Shown here one piece after another: positions 33,335-46,600 of a stretch of 64,000 nucleotides of DNA. The translations under genes were made by a program, and so were the position numbers. The notes beneath the pieces are model-generated. The model was not told the origin of the DNA and did not search any database. It saw only the letters and a program-made list of their open reading frames with translations. Every line of letters starts with the position of its first letter. Within the stretch, counting starts at the first letter, position 1. This DNA comes from Macrostomum hystrix (lineage: Eukaryota; Animalia; Platyhelminthes): assembly GCA_950097015.1 (NCBI GenBank), contig CATNEN010000038.1, positions 16,430,001-16,494,000 of the forward strand. The letters are read 5' to 3'.

Positions 33335-35728
33335 ATGTCTCATCTATTAGTGCGTCGAAAAATACTTTACACTGTTCAGTTGCTAATTATCGCTCTAAAT
33401 GTCATAACACCACTGGCTAATTGTGAGTTCCTTGAAAGTTATAACTTTCGTTACGCTGCGTAAATTTTTTTAAGAAAAAACACACTCTAAAAACTTTATC
33501 TGAGTGTCACGGCTCACAGTCCATGGACTGAACAGCTGTAGGCAAACTGTCAGCTACTAAAATTGGGGAATCGAACCACGGTGGGGCAGACTGAGAATTA
33601 AATTGTAGCGAAATTTTCTAGTCCCCTATGTGGGGAATACGATACATGTTCAAAGAGTTCTACTATAAGTAAGCTACTATGGTTTACGTCAATCCTTGAT
33701 ATTAAGACCTAGCTTAATAGTAATTAAAATAGTTATTTTAGTATAGGGTTTAAATCTGCTCTGACTTTCTCATCATTGAAGTTCGTTGCCTAGTGGTTAG
33801 AGCGTCGGACTCGCGACTTGAAGGTCCGGGGTTCGACTCCCGAATCCACTTAAACTACTTGTGTCCTTTCGCAAGACACTTAACCATGCATTGCTTTAGT
33901 TCAACCAGTTTGTTAAATTGCTATTGAGGGAGGGCGTCCCACCAGTCCATGGACTGAACAGCTAGCTGTACGTAGCCGTCAGATGCGGCGTGCTGTCGGC
34001 TACACATGTAACCCAATTTGGGCAGGTGTAATCAGTAATAATAACTATTATTAGGTACCAGTATCAGCTGCACCGAGTCAGAGTGTCACCTGCGTTTATC
34101 AGCTCGCAATGGAACAGAATGTGTCAGCGCTGATCTATCGCTTAGCATCAGCGTGCCCTACAGGTGCGCCAACTTCAGTTCCGACTGCATAGCAACCGTT
34201 GCTATGCCAATGTTGAACAATAAGAACAATGCTACAACAGAAATCAGCGGGCGGTGCGGAAATTCTACAGCTTCATTGTTGCTACAGTGGGACTCGGGAA
34301 GAATTCAAATGCGATTTGACTTTGAGCAGAAGGTATGCTCAAAACTGCTGCTAGAAAGGGACCATGTTTTAGTTCAATATGCTCTCCATGAGCAATAATC
34401 AAATCAGTTTTTTATATTTCTTTTATTTTCAGGATTTCTACAGCTCCCAGATCATGACAGTAAGGAAATGCGTGGCATTCTTATGAAACAAAGTTAAAAT
34501 TGAGATTCTTTTTGTTCGTGTTTTTTTATTTTAAACATTGTATTTCAGTCCATCGCTGCTTACAATTTTATCAGCCGGGTTACTCTGAAAGTTGATTTGC
34601 GAGACTCCATCTTCACTAATGCCAGCATTGGACCAGGTAAGGCTTATAATTAGTGATTGACTTCATAGGCTTAATGTGCACAAAGACTATTCAAACTACT
34701 TTGTGCCTACTGGTAGTTTAAAGTAGTCCCTGAGAGTGCATTGATGAGTTTTACAGATGCCTGTTCTATTTATTTGATTTCACACCTCCAGTCTAAACCA
34801 TTCGATTTCACACCTCCGGTCTAAACCATTCGATTTCACACCTCCGGTCTAAACCATTCGATTTCACACCTCCAGTCTAAACCATACGATTTCACACCTC
34901 CAGTCTAAACCATTCGATTTCACACCTCCAGTCTAAACCATTCGATTTCACACCTCCGGTCTAAACCATTCGATTTCACACCTCCGGTCTAAACCATTCG
35001 ATTTCACACCTCCAGTCTAAACCATACGATTTCACACCTCCAGTCTAAACCATTCGATTTCACACCTCGGGTCTAAACCATTCGATTTCACACCTCCAGT
35101 CTAAACCATTCGATTTCACACCTCCAGTCTAAAACATTCGATTCACACCTCTAACTAGTCTAAACTATTGGTCTCGCACTATTTTTCTACTAGTATAATG
35201 TCAAACTTTCATTTTTTTCTAAGAATTAGTTAACTTTTGTCAGAATCTTCACCGATAGTGACATTCGTTAGCTCGGATCGTACGTTCTTGTTTGCTTCTC
35301 CTCTCGGCTTGACCTTCAAATGTCAGTCGTCCGAGTCGATTCGCCTGTACAAACTGACGGCTGAGCAGCATAAGCCTCTAAGAAATGGGATTAAAGTGTT
35401 AAAAAAATCCGACATAGCAATGGCAACTTTTCCTAAAGTTCGACTGGACGTGTTTCGTTCTACTGCCCCTGTAGGTGGCTTGCTTGAAGGACGTGAGTGT
35501 ATATGATAATTTGTTATCACCATTTTATTGCAACCAGATTTTTTCCATTAAAGTCAATCACTTTCCTTTTTTGTAGCATTTCTCTGCGAAGCCGACTCAA
35601 ACAAGCAGTCTAGAAGCACAACAATTCTGGTGATTTCCGGCCTGCTCGGCGTGTGCATGTTTGTTATAGTGTGTGGATTCTTAGCCACTAGATTAAATAG
35701 AAATTCAGGTTACTCCAGTGTAGATTGA
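33335..35728 (+). CDS. LAMP-family lysosomal membrane glycoprotein. Exons 33335-33422, 34055-34332, 34433-34459, 34549-34636, 35244-35492, 35577-35728 (293 aa)
   Basis: Phase-compatible GT-AG introns. Signal peptide, NGTECVSADL, SGRCGNSTASLLLQW, FASPLGLTFKC, C-x-AD, a TM helix and a short tail ending GYSSVD* (GYxxPhi motif). AATAAA at ~35765. Confidence 0.87.
33780..34054 (+). mobile_element. SINE family B in LAMP intron 1
   Basis: TGCCTAGTGG A-box, GGTTCGACTCC B-box, CORE-like segment, CAGTCCATGGACTG and a TAA/ATT tail. Confidence 0.85.
34776..35150. repeat. 28-bp minisatellite (CGATTTCACACCTCCRGTCTAAACCATT), intronic
   Basis: Tandem periodicity. Confidence 0.96.
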
Positions 35729-37004
35729 ATTTTTTTAAAGTAAAATATAGTGACCGATTTTAGAAATAAACAAATAAAAACATTACACAGTTTCATCATG
35801 AAACAATTGTTTTATGTCCAAAAGTACTATGATACTCAGATATTTTTGTAATATAATATAACTGCTAATAGGAGGTTTGTTATGATATTGCATACTGTAA
35901 GTGTAATAGTACATTGCAGCGACCTAAGTGTAGTTTTTGTGAAATGAACGAATAAATAATTTCATCTGCATTAATAAATTGTTTCTTTTTTGTCCTAATT
36001 TAGACCTGCGCAAGTAGGATAATGTACTGTATTTAAAATTTTGCGTGTCAAATTATATGTGACTTCAATTATCTCACAAGAAGATTTGTTTTAATTTATA
36101 TATATTTTTCTTTATCTACGTTCAATACATTCACAATCTGTGTTACATTTTCTGTCGTTTTAAAGTTTTAATGATGCAAAATATTTTGTTGTAGCTCGTA
36201 TTAAAGTACTTTTTTAATATTTAACGTTTTTGTTCCACTGAAAAGTGCATAAATTATTGTAATTTGATTTATATTAAATTATAAATATACATACCCCTCA
36301 AACCATACACAACAAATTAAATTATATATAACAAAACGCTTTTATATGCATTCTTGGTGTGCAAAAGCTGTGCAGTAAACTTTACAACTTCTTTCGTAAA
36401 ATAAAAAATAAACATTATTTTCAATCATCATGCTGCATAGTTTCTACAAAAATAATATTCAACATTAATGATTAGTACATGTTCATTCAGTCGCAGCCTG
36501 CTACATGTCTGTTTACTACTGCTTCTACTACCAGTAGTGTAGGATAGCATTCTATATTTAGTTTAAATAGAGCAAAACACTGTACAGTAAAATTTTTGAA
36601 TTGATATGTTTGAAAGTAAAGCTACTCTACAAAAAACATTTGTTTCTTCGCATAATGAAGCTTAAAAGTCCTTTACGTCCGATCTATAAGAAATTCAAAG
36701 TTGTGACAAGCAATGCTGTATTTTCACTAAAGAGCTCGTGAGATGGAATTTATTTGCACCCAATTTGAATTTTTCAGGCTATTCTTTGTCATAAATATAG
36801 AGCATGCCAATTGGAACCCAAAGCTAATGCCAAACAAAGAAAGAACGCGAATGTTTGTGTGCAATCTGCAATCACTATTCTGTGCTTCTGACTAGTTCCA
36901 CTTTAATTAATATTTTTTAGCAATCTTTTTTTTCTCTCCTGATCCAGATTTATTTTTCCCCAAGATTGTCTAGCACTTTCTGCCATTTTCCTCCTATCTA
37001 CTTC

Positions 37005-37370
37005 TCTCTCCCCTAGCTCTCCCTCTCACCCTGGCTCTCCCTCTCACCCTGGCTCTCCCTCTCACCCTGGCTCTCCCTCTTACACCTAGCTCTCCCTCTC
37101 ACCCTGGCTCTCCCTCTCACCCTGGCTCTCCTTCTCACACCTAGCTCTCCTTCTCACCCCTAGCTCTCCTTCTCACCCCTAGCTCTCCTTCTCATCCCTA
37201 GCTCTCCTTCTCACCCCTAGCTCTCCTTCTCACCCCTAGCTCTCCTTCTCACCCCTAGCTCTCCTTCTCACCCCTAGCTCTCCCTCTCACCCCTAGCTCT
37301 CCCTCTCACCCCTAGCTCTCCCTCTCACCCCTAGCTCTCCTTCTCCACCATTGCTCTCCCTCTCTTCTAG
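37005..37370. repeat. 19-20-bp pyrimidine-rich minisatellite (CTAGCTCTCCTTCTCACCCC)
   Basis: Tandem periodicity. Confidence 0.93.
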
Positions 37371-37702
37371 CTGTGTGATGGAAATCAATCAGACACAGCA
37401 TTCTTCTTTCACTAGCAATTAAAATGGCTTTCTTGCATCATAAGTCTCCAAATTTAGCTTAGCCGGCTCGTGAGTCTAGAGAATTAAAATGCTTTTTCGC
37501 TGCTAGCCAGATTGCCCAAGGTCAAATTTAGGATTTTACGAACCAAAATTTTTTGGGATGTGAAAGAGGAACTCAATCAAGTGAGACAGATTCTTAGGCA
37601 CGAGTGTAAACCCTGAATTTTTGGCATTTTTATGGCATTTTATTCAACTCAAAATATAAATCAGCCAGAAATTCACAATCAGACCAAAATTCATAAAAAG
37701 CC

Positions 37703-40272
37703 CACAATCCACAATCTACAATCCACAATCTACAATCCACAATCTACAATCCACAATCTACAATCCACAATCCCAATCTATAATCTACAATCCTCAATCT
37801 ACAATCCATAATCTACAATCCACAATCCCAATCTATAATCTACAATCCATAATCTACAATCTACAATCCACAATCCCAATCTATAATCTACAATCCATAA
37901 TCTACAATCTACAATCCACAATCTACAATCCACAATCTACAATCCACAATCTACAATCCACAATCTACAATCCATAATCTACAATCCACAATCCCAATCT
38001 ATAATCTACAATCCATAATCTACAATCCACAATCCCAATCCATAATCTACAATCCTCAATCCATAATCTACAATCGACAATCGACAATCCTCAATCTACA
38101 ATCCTCAATCCATAATCTACAATCCACAATCCCAATCCATAATCTACAATCGACAATCGACAATCCTCAATCTACAATCCTCAATCCATAATCTACAATC
38201 CACAATCCTCAATCCATAATCTACAATCGACAATCGACAATCCTCAATCTACAATCCACAATCCATAATCTACAATCTACAATCCACAACCTACAATCTA
38301 CAATCCACAATCTATAATCTACAATCTACAATCCACAACCTACAATCTACAATCCACAATCCATAATCTACAATCTACAATCCACAACCTACAATCTACA
38401 ATCCACAATCTATAATCTACAATCTACAACCCACAATCTACAATCCACAATCTACAATCCTCAATCTACAATCCATAATCTACAATCCACAATCCCAATC
38501 TATAATCTACAATCCATAATCTACAATCTACAATCCACAATCCCAATCCATAATCTACAATCCTCAATCCATAATCTACAATCGACAATCGACAATCCTC
38601 AATCTACAATCCACAATCCATAATCTACAATCCACAATCCATAATCTACAATCGACAATCGACAATCCTCAATCTACAATCCTCAATCCATAATCTACAA
38701 TCCACAATCCCAATCCATAATCTACAATCGACAATCGACAATCCTCAATCTACAATCCTCAATCCATAATCTACAATCCACAATCCTCAATCCATAATCT
38801 ACAATCGACAATCGACAATCCTCAATCTACAATCCACAATCCATAATCTACAATCTACAATCCACAACCTACAATCTACAATCCACAATCTATAATCTAC
38901 AATCTACAACCCACAATCTACAATCCACAATCCCAATCTATAATCTACAATCCATAATCTACAATCTACAATCCACAATCCCAATCCATAATCTACAATC
39001 CTCAATCCATAATCTACAATCGACAATCGACAATCCTCAATCTACAATCCACAATCCATAATCTACAATCCACAATCCATAATCTACAATCGACAATCGA
39101 CAATCCTCAATCTACAATCCACAATCTACAATCCTCAATCTACAATCCATAATCTACAATCCACAATCCCAATCTATAATCTACAATCCATAATCTACAA
39201 TCTACAATCCACAATCCCAATCCATAATCTACAATCCTCAATCCATAATCTACAATCCACAATCCCAATCCATAATCTACAATCCTCAATCCATAATCTA
39301 CAATCGACAATCGACAATCCTCAATCTACAATCCACAATCTACAATCCTCAATCTACAATCCATAATCTACAATCCACAATCCCAATCTATAATCTACAA
39401 TCCATAATCTACAATCTACAATCCACAATCCCAATCCATAATCTACAATCCTCAATCCATAATCTACAATCGACAATCGACAATCCTCAATCTACAATCC
39501 ACAATCCATAATCTACAATCCACAATCCATAATCTACAATCGACAATCGACAATCCTCAATCTACAATCCTCAATCCATAATCTACAATCCACAATCCCA
39601 ATCCATAATCTACAATCGACAATCGACAATCCTCAATCTACAATCCTCAATCCATAATCTACAATCCACAATCCTCAATCCATAATCTACAATCGACAAT
39701 CGACAATCCTCAATCTACAATCCACAATCCATAATCTACAATCTACAATCCACAACCTACAATCTACAATCCACAATCTATAATCTACAATCTACAACCC
39801 ACAATCTACAATCCACAATCCCAATCTATAATCTACAATCCATAATCTACAATCTACAATCCACAATCCCAATCCATAATCTACAATCCTCAATCCATAA
39901 TCTACAATCGACAATCGACAATCCTCAATCTACAATCCACAATCCATAATCTACAATCCACAATCCATAATCTACAATCGACAATCGACAATCCTCAATC
40001 TACAATCCTCAATCCATAATCTACAATCCACAATCCCAATCCATAATCTACAATCCTCAATCCATAATCTACAATCGACAATCGACAATCCTCAATCTAC
40101 AATCCACAATCCATAATCTACAATCCACAATCCATAATCTACAATCGACAATCGACAATCCTCAATCTACAATCCACAATCCATAATCTACAATCTACAA
40201 TCCACAACCTACAATCTACAATCCACAATCTATAATCTACAATCTACAACCCACAATCTACAATCCACAATC
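37703..40272. repeat. 7-bp satellite (AATCYAC and variants) with higher-order duplication
   Basis: Heptamer periodicity with recurring variant patterns. Confidence 0.96.
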
Positions 40273-40839
40273 CGCTTTGAAAGACAAATTTCGACAGGGC
40301 TATGCAATTAACATTATGCATTTTCTTTCCATTAGCAAGCAAACTTCCTGCAATCAAAGCTCGTATATACTCCCTATACTCCCGACAGTGATGAGTTTTA
40401 TGAGCTAAATCGTTTTCAACCAGAAGCCAATATTTCAACCTGAAGTTTACACACTGGTCCACATTTCGGCCAGGTGAAGCAAATGTAAAGAGAGAAGAGT
40501 AACTAGAATTACGTAATCATGTTACAATGGGCGGGTCTAGTTCCTCGCAAACTGCCTGCTAACTAATTCTAAAATGACAAGTTTGTTTTCGTTTTTTTCC
40601 GCATAGTAAAAATATTGTAGGTTTGCGGACTTGTCTGTCAAGATTTGAGAATGGGTTAGCAGAATTGGTTCTATTGCTTCCCATCTTCTATGAATGGAGT
40701 CTGCTTAATTGATGAAATTTGCTCAAACTAATTTTGGCTTCTCTTAAAGCCGCTTTTTGGTTACAATTTAGCGTAAAAGTATAACAAATCATTTTAGATT
40801 AAATAGAAATATTATTCGATTTATTAGAAGATTTAAAAT

Positions 40840-41652
40840 AGGGTTTAGGAGAGTTTTAAGAGAGGGTCTATGAGAGGGTTTAAGAGAAGGTTTAGGAGAG
40901 GGTTTAGTTAGAGGTTTAGGAGAGGTTTTTGAGAGTGGGTTTAGAAGAGGGTTTAGGAGAGAGTTTTGAGAGAGGGTTTAGGAGAGAGTTTAGGAAAGGG
41001 TTTATGAGAGGGTTTAGGAGAGGGTTTAGGAGAGGATTTAGGAGAGGGCTTAGGACAGGATTTAGGAGAGGGCTTAGGAGAGGGTTTAAGAGAGGGTTTA
41101 AGAGAAGGTTTAGGAGAGGGTTTAGGAAAGGGTTTAGGAAAGGGTTTAGGAGAGGGCTTAGGAAAGTGTTTAGGAGAGGGTTTAGGAAAGGGTTTAGGAG
41201 AGGGTTTAGGAAAGGGTTTAGGAGAGGGCTTAGGAAAGGGTTTAGGAGAGGGTTTAGGAGAGGGTTTAGGAGAGGGTTTAGGAGAGGGCTTAGGAAAGGG
41301 TTTAGGAGAGGGTTTAGGAAAGGGTTTAGGAGAGGGTTTAGGAGAGGGTTTAGGAAAGGGTTTAGGAGAGGGTTTAGGAAAGGGTTTAGGAGAGGGCTTA
41401 GGAGAGGGTTTAGGAGAGGGTTTAGGAGAGGGTTTAGGAAATGGTTAAGGAGAGGGTTTAGGAAAGGGTTTAGGAAAGGGTTTAGGAGAGGGCTTAGGAA
41501 AGGGTTTAGGAAAGGGTTTAGGAAAGGGTTTAGGAAAGGGTTTAGGAAAGGGTTTAGGAGAGGGCTTAGGAAAGGGTTTAGGAAAGGGTTTAGGAGAGGG
41601 TTTAGGAAAGGGTTTAGGAGAGGGTTTAGGAGAGGGTTTCTCATAGGGTTTA
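40840..41652. repeat. 12-bp G-rich telomere-like satellite (TTTAGGAGAGGG/TTTAGGAAAGGG)
   Basis: Tandem periodicity. The ORFs over it are artefacts. Confidence 0.96.
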
Positions 41653-42329
41653 GTATTTGATTTCAGACGAAGATCCTAGAAAATGTCTAGGTCAAGTCAA
41701 GATTCTGTAGAAGTCCAAGCGCTTCTCTGTATCTTGGATTTGATGCAAAGGTACAAGCAGTGTTCGCACACCATAATGATGAAGAATTGAACTAAGACCC
41801 TTCGGGGGGCGCATATATCACCGGCGCAATCAAAGAACAACAGAAAGTGGCACAAGCCGCCACTGTTTAACAAATATTAAGAAATTCCAGGTCTATACAT
41901 TGGTCCATACACTTAGTGAACCAACTGGCTTTCCTAATCTTAATTTCGCCTTCCACCATAGGCAGGCTGCGCATTATTAGTCAATATTTTCTGTGGAAAG
42001 CATTTCTGCCCTTCTTGTCTCTAGCCGTGTCAGAGAAAAAGGGTGGGGGATGTGAGGAATGCTGGTGTTCTGTTGCAATGTCTCTCTAACATTTTGGGGG
42101 ATCATTATGCTTTCTTTCCTTTTCTGCCTTCCCTTTATATATCTTGCCCTCCATCGAGGCGAAATTTGTAATCCGCAAACTATGCAGGAGCCTTCAATCC
42201 TAATTTTACGAAACCAGCAGTATATCCTGACTGCCTGTCACACAGATACACTGGGCAGATGGGCTATTCTGGTGCACTTGTAACAAAGCACTATTAACAT
42301 CCGTTTAATTGAACCCTTTTTCTAAATAT

Positions 42330-43000
42330 TAATTTTATTTTAAATATAATAATTAGAATAATTGATTACACCTTCCTTAGTTAGGTCAGTTGTGTAACTG
42401 TACAGTCGCAGCAATTGCGCGTTGCAACTGAAGGCTGCGTACGGCGGTTCAGTCCATGGACATGGGGTTAGGGTTAGTGCTAGGGTTAGGGTTAGGGTTA
42501 GGGTTAGCCACAGCCGCAGCCACAGGGTGAGTAATAAAGCGGTTATTACGGCCACATTTACTTTAGGCGCAGCGGCGGAGAGAAGGCTTGGTGGCTTGTC
42601 GTGCAATTTACGCCCTTGAGGGCCAACCTCCAAGGCACAGTGAAAGTGTACACTGCCTATCGATGAGTAAGTCAGGGCAGATGTACACGCCTGTGTGAGC
42701 GTATGTCTGCGAACAGTATCCGTGTCAGCTCAGGAGTCAGCGAAGTGGGCAGAATTGCCTCCTCGCTGGCTGCGGGTCTAGTGTCACCGTGATGTGTGTC
42801 ATTGCCCGCAGCAATCTTGCGATTATTACGAGCGTACCATTACTATTACTATTACTACTTTTACTATACAACCCTTGCTTACCCCAGCTATTTCTAGCTG
42901 GGCGAACTGAAGCATCGCAGAGTTATGTGTCTTGCTAAACGACCCAAATAGCTTCATTGGAGCCGTGAATCGAACCCCCGACCTTCAACCTTTAGGCTAC
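42330..43000. mobile_element. SINE B (minus) interrupted by (TTAGGG)n and SINE A (plus, 42525-42860)
   Basis: SINE B tail/palindrome on the left, its CORE/head (GAACTGAAGC...ATCGAACCCCCGACCTTCAA) on the right, and a SINE A body in between. Confidence 0.8.
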
Positions 43001-43673
43001 AAGCATCGTTTTCATTTGAAATCAGAAAAAAGTTCTTATACAGGAAAGCTAGCTAGTCAGATGTGATTAAAGGAGTTTGAATAAAAGCAAGAAAGGTACG
43101 TCATTTTTAACTCGAAAAACCGTAATCTGAACTACTTACTTGTTCTTAATAATTTAAATTTAGTGTTTTACTATATCCTCAAATCTACCTTTGAGCACAG
43201 GACAGTAGCTAAAACAGACAGAAATCTTTCTAATAAGACAAAAATTTTGAAAACCCGTGCGACAGAAACCAAAGCTATATGAGTGTGTTTTCTCTAAGCA
43301 ACCATGGGGGACAGCATGGTCCAGAAAGTGGGGGATTTTCGCGGGGACTTTGTCCCTCCAGTTTCTTCAGCGGGCAAGCACACCAGAAAGCAAAGACATC
43401 GGATTTGCTTTCTCTGCCTCTCCCCAATTTCCCCCTCCCATGCCATCTCTTAGCCCTGTAGCTCTCAAGTAATCTTGCTTTTATCCGGAACTGCAGAAGT
43501 GGGACCTTGCGCTATGACTGCCTTGTCCCTGATTGGACAGAGGAACTAAGACACACACAATATATAGACAGACTACAGTGTTTTTGGCTTCTGGACTAAC
43601 TACAGTAGTTGGAAAAATAATTCTAGGCCAATAGATAAATAATTTTTTATCTAGTTATTGCCCATGTTCAATC

Positions 43674-46600
43674 ATGGCTAATATAAGCGGAATATTTGTA
43701 AAGCCCAGCATAGCAACCGCGGAATTCGAGTCGGTGACGCCAACTAGGACATCTGCCATAGACGAGCCAACTGGGTACAGAATTAATCAATATCTTCTGC
43801 TGCCCTTGACTCCACAATTTTTCAGCTGTTCAGCTGTGATTCTGTGCTCTTTGTTATTAAATAGTTTAGTATTGTGCGGCCTGCATAAAGATAGGCGATT
43901 ATCTGCCGTCACTTACAATTATGTTAGCTCAGTGTGCTCAGCTATGCTATTGCAGACTGCGCTCTGCCTACCGCCTGGTGTGCTACAAGAGGTGATTGGT
44001 GAGTACAAGCTGGTGCTCATGCTGTTAGATGAATGAATAGAATGGATTGCTAATCTATCCTTATCGATGAAGGAATAGAATGGATTTCTAATCCATGCAA
44101 TTGATTGATAATCTATCCTAATAGACAAGGGAATAGAATGCATAGCTAATCTATCCCAAATGGATGAAGGAATAGAATGAATGGATTGCTAATCTATCCC
44201 AATTGGATGAAGGAATAGAATGAAGGGATTGCTAATCTATCCCAATTGGATGAAGGAATAGAATGAATGGATAGCTAATCTATCCCAAATGGATGAAGGA
44301 ATAGAATGAATGGATAGCTAATCTATCCCAAATGGATAAAGGAATAGAATGAATGGATAGCTAATCTATCCCAAATGGATGAAGGAATAGAATGAAGGGA
44401 TTGCTAATCTATCCCAATTGGATGAAGGAATAGAATGAAGGGATTGCTAATCTATCCCAATTGGATGAAGGAATAGAATGAAGGGATTGCTAATCTATCC
44501 CAAATGGATGAAGGAATAGAATGAAGGGATTGCTAATCTATCCCAATTGGATGAAGGAATAGAATGAAGGGATTGCTAATCTATCCCAAATGGATGAAGG
44601 AATAGAATGAAGGGATAGCTAATCTATCCCAATTGGATGAAGGAATAGAATGAATGGATAGCTAATCTATCCCAAATGGATGAAGGAATAGAATGAATGG
44701 ATTGCTAATCTATCCCAAATTGATGAAGGAATAGAGTGAATGGATTGCTAATCTATCCCAAATGGATGAAGGAATAGAATGGATGGCTAATCTATCCCAA
44801 ATGGATGAAGGAATAGAATGGATGGATAGCTAATCTATCCCAAATGGATGAAGGAATAGAATGAATGGATTGCTAATCTATCCCAAATTGATGAAGGAAT
44901 AGAATGAATGGATTGCTAATCTATCCCAAATGGATGAAGGAATAGAATGGATGGCTAATCTATCCCAAATGGATGAAGGAATAGAATGAAGGGATTGCTA
45001 ATCTATCCAAAATGGATGAAGGAATAAAATGAAGGGATTGCTAATCTATCCCAAATGGATGAAGGAATAGAATGAAGGGATTGCTAATCTATCCCAAATG
45101 GATGAAGGAATAGAATGAAGGGATCGCTAATCTATCCCAAATGGATGAAGGAATAGAATGAAGGGATCGCTAATCTATCCCAAATGGATGAAGGAATAGA
45201 ATGAAGGGATTGCTAATCTATCCCAAATGGATGAAGGAATAGATTGAATGGATTGCTAATCTATCCCAAATGGATGAAGGAATAGAATGGATGGCTAATC
45301 TATCCCAAAGGGAAAAAGGAATAGAGTGTATTGCTAATCTATCCCAAAAATGAAGGATTAGAATGGATTGTTAATCTACGAGCGTATATTTGGAAGCAAG
45401 AATGGATTAGACTTAGAGTGAACACACGAGGAACTGAAAAAAAGCAAATTAAACCGCAGTCGACAGCCAAACTCGAAAGCTAATCACCGATAGATTTCCA
45501 GTCAAGAACTACTTGGCAGAAAATGAAATTACAGAACTAACACTTAACACACGCGCAACTTCGTCTACAAAAAAGCATCTTATCACTAACGAGCTATAGT
45601 TCCCAATAGTTTTGAACAGATACTTCAGTTTTCCTCTACTCTGTGGCCCTCTGAAATCTGTATTCTTCGTATAGCAAGCCTTCTTATGCAATGAAATAAT
45701 ATTGATACGACACTCTAGTATATTTCCAGTGTTTGGGCAGGCAGGCCATATTTATATTCTGCCATGCATTATCAGATTACTGAGAGGTTCTGCTCAAAGT
45801 TTGAGTGTTATTCGCAGATGAGGACGAGAGTTGTAGAGTTTGGAGAGTCTGCGCGAAAGCATAGCAACCGCTTGTGCGAGGCCGCATGCAAATTATTGGA
45901 TTTGGAGTTGTAGAGGAGCATCGTTCTCATTTCGTTAAAACGATGGTCGCTTTGGCAGTCATTGCTATTTCGTTATTACTATACTAGTCATGCATCAGTG
46001 CATTTGGGACCGTCCTACTCGACTGTCGCTCATTTACAAATTTACGAGCTATACTGGACCAGAGCCCCATTATTCGTAACTCTAAGATACCATATAGTAT
46101 AGACTCCAGTGGGTGTGTTTGTGGTTGCGATGAAAATAGCAGTATAGGATAATGCTATTTTGCAGTTGGAAATCAGTGAAGCACAAATTGGAATCACTCA
46201 GTTGGTGGAACAGTATGTGTGTGCGTGTGTGTTGGGGAGAGAACAGATAGAGAGTGAGAGAGAAAAATCAATACTGTAGATGTTATGTAGATTTACTATG
46301 AGTCTTAGTCATCTAGAATGCGCTAGAGATATTGTATATACTGCTAAATCGAGGCGTAATTAGAGATAGTTAGTTCATGAATATTTTGAAAATAACGGGA
46401 TAATTTTCAAACTAAGAGGATAATTTGTAAACTAAGAGGATAATTTGTAAACTGAGGGTACGATTTGTAAACTGAGGGGATAATTTGTAAACTAAGAGGA
46501 TAATTTGTAAACTAAGAGGATAATTTGTAAACTAAGAGGATAATTTGTAAACTAAGAGGATAATTTGTAAACTAAGAGGATAATTTGTAAACTGAAGGGA

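Noticed and set aside
40916-41660. Long Arg/Gly-rich and NPLL-repeat ORFs (also those at 6943-7713, 26723-27218, 30097-31995, 52638-53319, 56547-57372)
   Set aside because: They are open only because the repeat units lack stop codons. Several lie inside introns of well-supported genes.
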